Positions 49,419 to 59,450 of a DNA stretch of 64,000 bases are shown piece by piece. Source of the DNA: a bacterium (GTDB taxonomy: Bacteria > SAR324 > NAC60-12). The notes beneath the pieces were generated by a model that saw only the letters and a list, made by a program, of their open reading frames with translations, was not told the DNA's origin and did no database searches. The stretch covers positions 1 through 64,000 of the forward strand of contig OZ242383.1 in NCBI GenBank assembly GCA_965209155.1, written 5' to 3'. How positions within the stretch are numbered: the stretch's first letter is position 1; every line of letters starts with the position of its first letter. Made by a program: the position numbers and the translations under genes.

Positions 49419-51227
49419 CATTAGTTCGGCCTATCGTTATGCTTTAAACGTTGGACGAGATCAATATTACGAGCTTGTCACAGAGCGTCTTGCGGCCGCC
49501 GAAGAATTTTATCAACAATTCCTGTCAACTCAGGTCGTTCATTTTCGCAAGTGGTTTTCGTCGTTGCGAGGCCGCGACCGACTACAGGAATATATTGAAC
49601 GTTATTTGGGAACACGTCGACTCCAATTCATTGCGATAGACGGAACATGCAGGAGAGAACAATTTTCCGATATGCTGACTTTTTTTGGAGGAGCATATGG
49701 AGCGCGCGGAGAACTCGAACTGGAGGCTGGTGATCATAGAGTTCAATACAAGCGTTGGAGTCTGGAACAGGATGTATCCATGGTTGCTTGGGTCCCCGTA
49801 CCGTTTGCAAGACTTGAAGAGATCCAACCACAGGGAGAGCAATTTCTTGCGACAAATGAAGAAGAAGCCAACATAGCAAGTGTACACACTCAGATAATGC
49901 AACTGGCTGAAATATTTTTAGCAATCAATACCATTACGTCATCGGCACTGGATGCTCCTCATCTTGTTTTGATGGATATGTCTCTCTCTTCAATTCTGGC
50001 AAATGTTGCCCAAGCTCAAGATAAGGTTGGTTTGATTGGTTATCCTTATGACCGAAGAGTACTGACAACGGCCGATATAGCAGTCGCTTATGCGCAACCC
50101 GTGCATGATGTATTTGGCATTCCTTCAAGTAAAAATATGGATCGACATAGAACTATTATTGCTTCACTCTTAAGAGAACCCAGTTCTCGAGTTGATCTCA
50201 ATGCGATTGCTCAAGTCTATGGTGTAAAAATTACAAGTCTCGAAAGTGCGCTTCACTGGCTCGCTGAGCGCGGAGTGTTAGATGAAAACGGAGTTCCTTT
50301 GATAAATGTTCGTGAATCTTGGGATTATACAAAGGCCCTCTTCAAGAATATTTGTAAGCGATTATTCCTTCAGAAGGATCCAACCGCCCTTCAATATGAG
50401 ACATCTGATAATTATTCTGGAGTCTTGCGGAAGCATTGGATGTCTTCCAACGATTTGAATTTTCTCGTAGCTGTTGGGATACGCGAACTGATTGAGGTAA
50501 GCTGGGAACGCAAAGTTTTGCTGTATGGAATCATCAAAGATTCCGCATCTCGTTATTTTGGACGCAACTATTTCGGGGTTACTCTGGAAACAGGGTTTCA
50601 CCCTCAGCTTCGTGACCTGATGGTCAATACACTGCCTTGGACGGATCGAATGCTTTGCGAGGCATTGCCACTTTTTGACGATAAAATAGAAGCTCCATGG
50701 GCAACAATCGAGTTTGATTCAGCATTCATGACTCTTCATCGCGAGCAAGATGATGCAGGTACGACTCAAGTTGGTGGAGTATTGGGGCGGATTGTGAACC
50801 AGGAGCGTCTTTTTATGAAATCGCTGGGACAGTTTTTTTAAGCCGAGAAAAGAGAAATCCATTAATGGGCCACGTTGTTTTTATAGAAAGGCTCTTACAA
50901 CCGTTCTTCGATTCTCTTGGGGTAGAGGCCTCGCCTGTAAAAATTTCAATCGAGACAAGGGCAATAGGTCGTGTCGAGCCATTTGCTTGGAGAGATGCCG
51001 AACATCTAAACCGAGGACAAACAGTGATGATGTACTTGTTATCCGTCCTCACCAAAAATCATTTTGCCGAGGCGATTGGATATCCAGATCCGCTGCACAA
51101 AGCCGATTGGGGAGCTAAAAGTATGGGACGATGGGTTGGAAAAACAATCGAATCATCAACAAAGGTGCTGAGTAGCAATCCGCTCAGCGATACTCTCAGA
51201 ACGACGAGAGATTCTGCTAAGAGGTAG
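49402..51227 (+). CDS. NurA-like nuclease, split by a 1-nt frameshift in a T run near 50835
   Basis: FIAIDGT, LMDMSL, GIIKDS in the first part; GYPDPLHKAD in 50865..51227; adding one T joins them. Confidence 0.75.
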
Positions 51228-53050
51228 TGATGTTTACGAAACTCGAGGGCACTCTGATGTCGATGCGGGAATCACCAGATACACGATTCCGGTACACTAT
51301 CTGGTTTGATTATACACGTGAAGCGATTAATGAAATCCAGGAAGGGACAATGCTGGCGGTGGCGAATTTTGGTACAGATGCAAAGTCTCGCCGCTGGTCC
51401 ATTTTGGAAGTTACCTCAGTGATGCCTTCACATTTTGCCTTGCAGAGTGGAAACTCGGGTTATCCGGGGTTTGTTGTTGAAGCTGCCCGCAGCGCGGCCC
51501 AAGATTGGGAGTCTCAGGAAAAAGAATCTACGGAGGAAACGACGAAAATAGAAGCTGCTGCAATTCCGACGCTATTGGAAATAGTCGAACCGGAATCTTA
51601 CGACAACGATACATCCTTTGATATTGGACCAGAGACGAACATGGCAATGGTTGGATCGAAAGTTCGTGCTCTCGACAGTAAAACAACAAATCTGATTGCC
51701 AACAATGGAATCGATCAAAAAATTGAAGAAAACATCACCAAAATCGGAACACTCGCACGTGACCCACAGGTTGAGATTCTGATGCGAATTGACGAATTGC
51801 TTCGTACTCATTTTGCAATTTTCGGCTTTACTGGAGTGGGAAAATCCAATCTTTTATCTACCATAGTGGCAAAAATTTTTAAATCAGCAAAAGAGCCAGT
51901 TAAGTTGGTTTTCTTTGATTTAATGAGTGAATACACTGGCCTGCTAATTGATCAACTTCTTTCAGACGAGGTTGATGGACGTCTTCTTACTATTGGCAGG
52001 AATACTCTACCTGAAGGAACTTTCAAGTATATTAATGAGCTAGATGACTCGCCAACTGATAAAGAGGCTACAAAGCAATTCTTAAGATATACACTTCTTC
52101 CTAAAGCCCTTCTGGGTAGCCGTAGGGAGATGGCGTGGGGACTTCTTGATTTTATTAAGGGTAAAAAATTACGCTACTTTAATGAATCGAAAAGTGTAAA
52201 TGTTTTTGATCTATTCTTCACTAGCAATGTGGTTACTTGGACAAAAGAGAGACGGCAGACGAAGTTTAAAAATCGATCGGAGGTGACCAAGAAAGCATTG
52301 AGAGAATCGAACATCCAGAATTATAAAGAAACCCGTTTTAGCCCAGACTTAGCGAAGCGGATTAAGGAAAAATTGCAGGAACTTCTTGAACAGCAAGAAT
52401 ATGTCGAATTCCAAGAGGACTTTACAAATCATATTTCCAAACTTGAAGAACTTGAACGATCAACAGCCGAGAACCTGGCTGCGAGTACAACACTGCCTGA
52501 AATCATAGATGATTTAAATGACAAAACCCACCATTCTCTCTGGATCATCCAATCTCACAACCCTGACGATCTGAGAGAGTTTTCGCATAATCTTGGAAAT
52601 GAACTATATGAGAGCCGAAGACTAAATGGTGTCATTGATCCAACAGTCGGTTTCATTTTTGACGAGGCTGATGAATTTATCCGTCAGCGCGGCTCGGACA
52701 GCTATGAACGGTCGGCTAAGATTGCCGAAATAATCGCGCGGCGCGGAAGGAAATTTGGGATTGGGCTTGGCATTGCAACCCAACGGATACGCTATCTCGA
52801 AACCAACATCATGTCCCAGCCGCATACCTATTTTATCTCAAAGTTGCCGAGAGCCACCGACCAAGAAGCCGTTTCTGAGGCATTTGGTTTTGGCAATGAG
52901 ATTCTGAACCAGACATTTAAGTTTGGGAAAGGACAATGGCTTCTGGTCAGCCACGACGCGACCGGTCTTGAGGCAGTTCCTCTGCCTGTAAAGACCGAAG
53001 ATGCAAACGAGCGCGTCGCGTCTTTTCTGAATTTAAAGTACAAAAAATAA
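51227..53050 (+). CDS. HerA/DUF87-family ATPase
   Basis: N-terminal barrel-like region, Walker A GFTGVGKS, Walker B FIFDEAD, RRGRKFGIGLGIATQR. Confidence 0.88.
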   Translation: MMFTKLEGTLMSMRESPDTRFRYTIWFDYTREAINEIQEGTMLAVANFGTDAKSRRWSILEVTSVMPSHFALQSGNSGYPGFVVEAARSAAQDWESQEKESTEETTKIEAAAIPTLLEIVEPESYDNDTSFDIGPETNMAMVGSKVRALDSKTTNLIANNGIDQKIEENITKIGTLARDPQVEILMRIDELLRTHFAIFGFTGVGKSNLLSTIVAKIFKSAKEPVKLVFFDLMSEYTGLLIDQLLSDEVDGRLLTIGRNTLPEGTFKYINELDDSPTDKEATKQFLRYTLLPKALLGSRREMAWGLLDFIKGKKLRYFNESKSVNVFDLFFTSNVVTWTKERRQTKFKNRSEVTKKALRESNIQNYKETRFSPDLAKRIKEKLQELLEQQEYVEFQEDFTNHISKLEELERSTAENLAASTTLPEIIDDLNDKTHHSLWIIQSHNPDDLREFSHNLGNELYESRRLNGVIDPTVGFIFDEADEFIRQRGSDSYERSAKIAEIIARRGRKFGIGLGIATQRIRYLETNIMSQPHTYFISKLPRATDQEAVSEAFGFGNEILNQTFKFGKGQWLLVSHDATGLEAVPLPVKTEDANERVASFLNLKYKK

Positions 53051-53118
53051 GGGAATTATATACAAAGTTAACCACGGATTCACACACTTGACATCCCAAC
53101 GTAAAGAGTAATCACGGC

Positions 53119-53319
53119 CTACTCTTTACTTTCTTCCTTCTGCATAAATTTCCATTGATCAGAACGCCGGGGCGGGGATTTTAAAAACACAGTTATGATC
53201 TCGTCTGCCGTTGCGTTAATCTTTTCCGGCATCGGCTTGGCGGGTCTTCCTACTTTTTTCTTCTCTTTTGTTTTCATTTTAAATCTCCTGATATATTGTT
53301 GACATTCCTTCACAATCAA
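53119..53319 (-). CDS. Small passenger ORF of the IS1595 element
   Basis: Basic peptide KKVGRPAKPMPEKINATADEI; likely starts at MKTKE after an AGGAG RBS. Confidence 0.5.
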   Translation of the reverse strand: MIVKECQQYIRRFKMKTKEKKKVGRPAKPMPEKINATADEIITVFLKSPPRRSDQWKFMQKEESKE

Positions 53320-53352
53320 GTAGCTAATCTGATCATGCAGGAATGCAAATAT

Positions 53353-54285
53353 TCAAGCTATCAGATTTTTATACTTAAGCCGTTTTCCTTCCATGCCTTT
53401 GGCCATTGATTCGATTTGTGCCAGGGTATCAAGCTCTCGCTGATTTTGCCTACCAGCAAATTCCTTAACATAGCGATCCAAATGCTTGGCACTCATTTTG
53501 TGATATGTCCCTTTGTGTCCCCTTTTGAGCATACTCCAGAAGGAATCAATACCAGCAGTATGGACATCTCCTCTCACGTATTCATCGTGGCTATGCCGGA
53601 CAGATTCATGATTAGGAAGCCCCTTATAAACGGTAGCTTCGTCTGTATAAATCATGGAATTTTGTTTTACATATTCCTGGATCATCTTCTCAATAACCGG
53701 CTTCTTTGTATCTTCCGTTGCGGTGGCTACCACTTGTCCGGTCTCTCGATCCTTAATACCTACAACTGGGGATTTGCCAACCGTACCCCGTCCCTCTTTC
53801 TTCTTTTTAGACTCATGTTTCAGAGATTCCTTACCCCCTACATAAGTCTCGTCCATTTCAACCGGACCATTAAAAAGAGGTTTGTTATTATTCCAGCATT
53901 CCCGGATTCTATGATTGACAAACCATGCCGTTTTTTGAGTAAATCCCAATTCCCGGTATAGCTTCATACTGGCAACCCCTTTGATATTCGTGGCCATCAG
54001 ATAGAAAGCGAAAGCCCACTTCCGGTAACCAATTTTAGAAGCTTCCATAGCCGTTCCGGTCTTCACTGAAAAAAACTTCCTACAATCTTTACAACGAAAC
54101 GGCATCGGATTTTTAGAATTTTCATACTTTATAATTCGCTCGCTTTCACAATGTGCACATCGTATCCCATCAGGCCATCGCTTATCAATGAACATTTTTT
54201 CAGCCGTCTTGTCATCTGGGAACATGTCCATCAGTTCCAAAACCGTGATGCCTTTTCTGTGATTTTTTCCGGGTGCTTCTGCCAT
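53353..54285 (-). CDS. IS1595-family (ISXO2-like) transposase
   Basis: Zinc ribbon CAHC...CKDC, VEMDETYVGG, IYTDE, YVKEF. Confidence 0.93.
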   Translation of the reverse strand: MAEAPGKNHRKGITVLELMDMFPDDKTAEKMFIDKRWPDGIRCAHCESERIIKYENSKNPMPFRCKDCRKFFSVKTGTAMEASKIGYRKWAFAFYLMATNIKGVASMKLYRELGFTQKTAWFVNHRIRECWNNNKPLFNGPVEMDETYVGGKESLKHESKKKKEGRGTVGKSPVVGIKDRETGQVVATATEDTKKPVIEKMIQEYVKQNSMIYTDEATVYKGLPNHESVRHSHDEYVRGDVHTAGIDSFWSMLKRGHKGTYHKMSAKHLDRYVKEFAGRQNQRELDTLAQIESMAKGMEGKRLKYKNLIA

Positions 54286-54458
54286 TTTTCAACTCCATGA
54301 AAAGTTAATAATTTTAGAAGTATATTAACCAATAAATCACAGTCTGTCAACAAAAAAATGCGTTTTTATTCATTTTTGTTTATTATTTTTGGACTGGGAT
54401 TAGGCGAGGCGTAGCGCCCGGCCTGCAAATCCATGGTTAACTTTGTATATAATTCCCT

Positions 54459-54562
54459 AAAAAAATTGTAGTGCCAAGTGCTGAAGACTACACGCAAATG
54501 GGTTACCCTGATTTGTGGACGGAAAAGTGTTTTTTATCTGGGAAATTCCTCTAATGAGTGAC
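54459..54562. repeat. ~105-bp dispersed repeat, copy A
   Basis: Nearly identical to 61230-61335; partial copy at 57322-57375. Confidence 0.85.
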
Positions 54563-54597
54563 ACCGAAACTGCAGAAGGCACTGGATCTGGAGACAA

Positions 54598-55500
54598 TTA
54601 ACGAGATCTACTTTGCTTCTTTTCCAGATATTTCTGAATCTCTTCCAGAGAAAAGCGTTTGAGGACCTCATCGGTCGAATAGCGTTTGAGGACCTCATCG
54701 GTCGAAAAGCGTTTGAGGATCTCATCGGGCGTAAGTCCTTTCAGGCGATCATCGGTCGAAAACTGTTCGAGGATCTCATCGGGCGAAAGTCCTTTCAGGC
54801 GATCATCGGCCGAAAACTGTTCGAGGATCTCATCAGTCGTAAGCACCCCCAAATGATCACGCACATAATCTTTTTGAAAATCTTCCATCGTATAGGCCAT
54901 CTCTAATCCCTCCAATTGATAGTTCTCAAAGAGTTGATTTAATATCGTGCTGATTTCCCGGGTATGCCCACGGTATTGACGCGCGGCAAATTCCACTTCT
55001 CCAGGAATCCCACTGAATAAATGCCAAATCGCATTACGCTCCGCATGAGTGATCTCACTCAGTACAATCATCCGAATGAAGTCACTCCCCCGCTGAATCT
55101 CATAGACGCCCTCTTGGATCCCCTGGAACTCCACCTGGGCAGCGAGTTTTTGTGGATAACGGGAACTCACGCCATAGAGTTGAAATTCTTCTTCAGGTAA
55201 CAGGTTCTGAAACGAAGGACTGATCTGCTTGCGATAATTCACATAATGCCCGGTCAGTTCTTTCAAGGCCCAATCATCAAAGGGCTCCCTCAGAGATTTG
55301 TAACTGAGCAAATTGTATTGCCTCAGATTGTCCAAGCCATCCGGCAAGGGCTCGATCAGGTGGCCTGTCGCTTTCCTCAGAATGACGACATCCAGCAGCT
55401 GTCTTTTGAGAGACAGATCCTTTTCCAACTCTACAACCCAGGTGGAATCGGTAAAAAAATCGGTAAGCGCCAAGCCAAAGAGGCGATGCCAGTTGATCAT
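54598..55500 (-). CDS. Rpn-like PD-(D/E)XK protein with C-terminal tandem repeats
   Basis: LLDVVILRK...LLSYKS; tail of DEILEQFS/DDRLKGL/DEVLKRF repeats. Confidence 0.65.
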   Translation of the reverse strand: MINWHRLFGLALTDFFTDSTWVVELEKDLSLKRQLLDVVILRKATGHLIEPLPDGLDNLRQYNLLSYKSLREPFDDWALKELTGHYVNYRKQISPSFQNLLPEEEFQLYGVSSRYPQKLAAQVEFQGIQEGVYEIQRGSDFIRMIVLSEITHAERNAIWHLFSGIPGEVEFAARQYRGHTREISTILNQLFENYQLEGLEMAYTMEDFQKDYVRDHLGVLTTDEILEQFSADDRLKGLSPDEILEQFSTDDRLKGLTPDEILKRFSTDEVLKRYSTDEVLKRFSLEEIQKYLEKKQSRSR

Positions 55501-55885
55501 TTTCCTTTCATCGGTTGCATGACAAAATACATTGGATTGTCATTTAATGATGCCAATCTATAGAAAAACGCGCAAGTGTGAAAGTTGGAGTTTATGACCC
55601 TTTTGGCAGGGCATATTCCTTGATCGGCCGGAATCGCTGTCCAACAAAGTGCGGAATACGCAAATAATTAAGCGATATCCAATTTGATGCGCTACTCACT
55701 GGTGTTTCGGAGTTCTCCAGTTTTGATATTTCACAAAAGGAACATATTTTAAATATGATCAGTGAGAACCTGAAAAGCGGTAACTGATTTGGGTTATCTC
55801 AAGGGAAGGGGAAAATCATGGACAAGGAGCAAATCAGCGTAGAATAATTTGTTCGGCATGTAGATAAGAAATTCTATCATTTTTC

Positions 55886-55914
55886 TTGACTCAACTAATC
55901 CATTGGATTACTAT
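55886..55914 (+). promoter_or_regulatory. TA promoter with operator palindrome
   Basis: TTGACT, 17 nt, TACTAT; contains TAATCCA-T-TGGATTA; ATG 6 nt after the -10 box suggests a leaderless transcript. Confidence 0.7.
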
Positions 55915-55920
55915 GTTTGT

Positions 55921-56265
55921 ATGTATATTACAATCGTTGAGTTACCGGAGTATATCAAACGTGCTGAAGTGCTTTTAGGTGAAAAAGAAAGAGATGATCT
56001 GATTGATTATCTTTCCACTCATCCAAAAGCAGGAGCTATCATGCAAGGTACTGGTGGAATTAGGAAAATTCGATGGACACGTCAAGGCACAGGAAAAATT
56101 GGGGGAGTCAGAATTATTTATTATTTTCATGATGAGACCCTCCCCTTATTCTTACTCACCATTTTTGGTAAAAATGAAAAAGAGAATCTCAGTCGAGCTG
56201 AGCGAAATGCTTTGGCTAAATTAACGAAATCAATTCTTCAATCTTATAAGAGGAAAAATGAGTAA
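55921..56265 (+). CDS. RelE/HigB-family toxin
   Basis: GTGGIRKIRW...GKIGGVRIIYY...LLTIFGKNEKENLS. Confidence 0.9.
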   Translation: MYITIVELPEYIKRAEVLLGEKERDDLIDYLSTHPKAGAIMQGTGGIRKIRWTRQGTGKIGGVRIIYYFHDETLPLFLLTIFGKNEKENLSRAERNALAKLTKSILQSYKRKNE

Positions 56266-56542
56266 AGCTTTTGATACCATCCAAAAGGGTCTCCAGGAAG
56301 CCTTAGATTATGCGCAAGGAAATGAAAAAGGAGGAAAAGTTTACCATCCCTCTAAAGTCGATGTAAAAGCGATTCGAAAGAAAGCTCAAATGACACAAAA
56401 CGAGTTTGCAGCAACCTTTGGAATCAGTTTAGGCACTCTCCGTCATTGGGAAAGAGGAGACCGAATCCCTCGTGGTCCAGCATTAGTCTTACTCCATATT
56501 ATCGATAAATCTCCGCAAACCGTTCTGAACTTATTATCCTAA
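56258..56542 (+). CDS. HigA-type HTH antitoxin
   Basis: MSKAFDTIQKGLQEAL...TQNEFA...TLRHWERGDR. Confidence 0.9.
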   Translation: MSKAFDTIQKGLQEALDYAQGNEKGGKVYHPSKVDVKAIRKKAQMTQNEFAATFGISLGTLRHWERGDRIPRGPALVLLHIIDKSPQTVLNLLS

Positions 56543-56590
56543 CCGTCTATTTCTTTTATCATCATTGTACTAAGGTAGGCCGAACAAAAA

Positions 56591-57181
56591 GGGGGCTGGC
56601 TTGAAAATTTGGAATATTAGCGTAATTTTTTCTTTAAATCGATTTGACATTCCTTCTCACTGGTTTCTGAAGATGGCTCGTCAACCACGCCTTTACTATC
56701 CTGGTGCTTTTTACCCTATGATTCTTCGTGGAAATGGAGGGCCACCCATTTTTTCGGTCCCCCCGACTACCGACCATTTTATGACTTGCACCAAGAAGGT
56801 TCCCAACGCTTTGATCACCGAATTCACGCTTTTTGATTAATGAGCAATCAAACATGTCCCTCCCTGTTCTCCTCCTCTTTCAGGACGGATCATTCATCAA
56901 GTGGCTCGAGTTTATCAACTACAGGAGCAGGAATTAAGCAGTGCCGGGCAGTCGCGAAAGTTGAGTGAAGCCCGTGCGATGATTGGCATGTTGGCTTTCG
57001 ACTGGAAGTCCGCAACGATTCGTGAGGTTGGAAGGGTTTTCAATCGAGATGATTCGACGATCCGCTTTGCCGTGCACCGGTTGAGAGGACGATTGAAGGA
57101 ATGCGAGGGTCTCCAAAATCAATTAGAGGAACTGAAACGTCAAATACTTGCTTGAATTTCCAATCTTTCAGGCCTGACCCC
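56591..57181 (+). mobile_element. Internally deleted RAYT/Y1 tyrosine transposase element, copy 1
   Basis: MARQPRLYYPGAFYPMILRGNG N-terminus plus a C-terminal HTH-like piece; inverted ends GGGGCTGGCTTGAAA / TTTCAGGCCTGACCCC. Confidence 0.7.
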
Positions 57182-57441
57182 ATTCTTTATCCCTGAGTTA
57201 CAGGGTTCATCAATTGAGGAAACGGATAAAGCAATCCAGTAACCTACAAGATCAACCCGAAACTCTCCAGATTCGATTCTTTGCTTGAATATCCAAACAT
57301 CCTTGCCTGTCCCCTTTCCTTATTTGTGGACGGAAAAGTGTTTTTTATCTTGGAAATTCCTCTATGAGTGACCCCGTTTTAGAATTGTTTTCTGCATCTA
57401 TGAGAGCAGGAAAGAGTCCAAAATCAAAGAAGTAGTGACAT

Positions 57442-57834
57442 CTAAACATTCTCATAGGAGAGTATATAGTGATGTCCACCAGACTCATCGACATCTATTG
57501 TCATTGATCCCTTAATACCTGTCATCTCCTCTTTGCCCGTACCCGGTACAACTTCGAGGATGAGTGAATCCTTTCCATCTTCCATTTTGCCACAGTGCAT
57601 GAGAGTGAATGCACCCTTCTTGCCATCAAGCTCGCCTTGAAATCGCTCAATGACGACATAGCCACCGTTACCTTCTGCTGGTGAGCCTATACTGCTGAGC
57701 ATCTCTCCATAACTATGTCCACTTAGTGCGCCATCAAAAGTCTTGTCTATTGTCATTCGAGCACAACCCTCTTGGTTTTTAAAGAATTCTTTCGGTTTTA
57801 AATCTGGATTAAAAGTGCCTTTTGCTGTTTTCAT
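57442..57834 (-). CDS. DUF3224-family protein
   Basis: AKGTF...IDKTFDG...GYVVIERFQGELDGKKGAF...VVPGTG. Confidence 0.85.
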   Translation of the reverse strand: MKTAKGTFNPDLKPKEFFKNQEGCARMTIDKTFDGALSGHSYGEMLSSIGSPAEGNGGYVVIERFQGELDGKKGAFTLMHCGKMEDGKDSLILEVVPGTGKEEMTGIKGSMTIDVDESGGHHYILSYENV

Positions 57835-58093
57835 ATTGTTTCTTCCATGCTTGTTATATCCTAAGTTGAGCGATTCGTAATAAAAAAAGCTCCCAACCTT
57901 GGGAAAAATATGTTATATTTCAGTGGCTAACACAAAAACATTCACAAAATCTAACACATCCCAACAGGTAGAAATCTTTATGGAAAAAGATATAACAGTT
58001 CAGGATAAAAAGAAACAGATAATTGATACCATTCCGCCAACCACTGATTGGCGGACTTTCATTTCTTCGGGAAAGAGGAAGATCTGGCAAAAA

Positions 58094-58927
58094 AGGAGTC
58101 TGGCTTGAAAGTTTGGAAAATTAGCGTTTTTTTACTTCAAATCGATTTGACTTTCCTTTTCGCTGGTTTCTGAAAATGGCTCGTCAACCACGCCTTTACT
58201 ATCCTGGTGCGCTTTATCATGTGATGCTACGTGGCAATGGAGGGCAATCCATTTTTTTCAGTCCCCCCGACAGCAGGAATTAACCCGAGTTCGACATAAA
58301 TCTTCAATAATAGGAGTATCCTGGCTTATATGTCATTCCGGGCGAAGACGAGGAGAAGAACAGGGGGCATGCCGTAATCCCGATTTCAGTCTGGCTGCAT
58401 ACCTCTGGATTCCTGGTCTGGGCCAGGAATGACACAAAGGCTTACTGGATTCCTAGTCTGGGCCAGGAATGACACAAGGGGAAGGCACAAAGGCACAAAG
58501 GCACAAAGGCTCAAAGGCACAGAGGCAGACTGGATTCCTGGTCTGGGCCAGGAATGACACGGTTTCTCTGTAGTCACGAAAGTGGAATCCCGATTTCAGT
58601 CTGGTTGCATAACCCTGGATTCCTGATTAAGCCAAGAATGACACAAAAGGCAGAATGGAGTCCTGCTCAAGCCTGGAATGACACGATTACTCTGCAGTCA
58701 TGAAAGTCGAGTGAAGCCCGCGCGATGATTGGCCTGTTGGCTTTCGATTGGATGTCCGCAACGATTCGGGAGGTCGGAAACGATTTCAATCGAGATGATT
58801 CGACGATCCGCTTTGCAGTGCACCGGTTGAGAGGACGATTGAAGGAATGCGAGGGTCTCCAAAATCAATTAGAGGAACTGAAACGTCAAATACTTGCTTG
58901 ATCATTCAAACTTTCAAGCCTGACCCC
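58094..58927 (+). mobile_element. Internally deleted RAYT element, copy 2, interrupted by a REP/MITE cluster (~58282-58710)
   Basis: MARQPRLYYPGALYHVMLRGNG; ends GGAGTCTGGCTTGAAAGTTTG / CAAACTTTCAAGCCTGACCCC; homologous to 56591-57181. Confidence 0.7.
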
Positions 58928-59018
58928 ATTTACGATATTTTTATCCGAAATTTTCCCCAGCAAAGAATGGTCAGGACATTTACTTGTCGCAAATTTAAAT
59001 GCTTTCGCTTTCGATTTT

Positions 59019-59447
59019 GTGACACGACAAAAAGTACAGGGTCAAAATTTGAATTTGTTCCTGATTGAGCAACTTCCAGTCATAGAGTCCGATGAGTATG
59101 AGCGCCGATTCGGCGAAAAGACAGCCCGCGAGTTGGTGCGTGACCACGTGCTGAGGCTCACCTACACCGCCCACGACATGGAAGCCTTCGCCCGCGACCT
59201 CGGTCACGACGGACCTCCGTTCATCTGGAACGAAGAAGAACGCCGCCACCTGCGCGCCCGTCTCGACGCGCTCTACTTCCACCTCTACGGTCTCAACCGG
59301 GAGGACGCCGCTTATATTCTCGACACCTTCCCTATCGTCCGCAAACAAGACGAAGCTGTGTTCGGTCGCTACCGCACCAAAACCATGATCCTCGCTTACA
59401 TGAACGCCCTCGCCGCCGGCGATACGGAGACGGTCGTGAAGGTTTAA
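59019..59447 (+). pseudogene. C-terminal fragment of a Type IIG-like restriction-modification enzyme
   Basis: RLTYTAHDM...WNEEERRHLRARLDALYFHLYGL...ILDTFPIV. Confidence 0.75.
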
Positions 59448-59450
59448 GCG

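Larger units (their letters stand above)
53051..54457 (-). mobile_element. IS1595-family insertion sequence
   Basis: 30-bp TIRs GGGAATTATATACAAAGTTAACCACGGATT / AATCCATGGTTAACTTTGTATATAATTCCC. Confidence 0.92.

Noticed and set aside
57861..58090. Possible IS4-like left end and transposase stub
   Set aside because: Suggestive, but there is no matching inverted repeat or recognisable catalytic motif.
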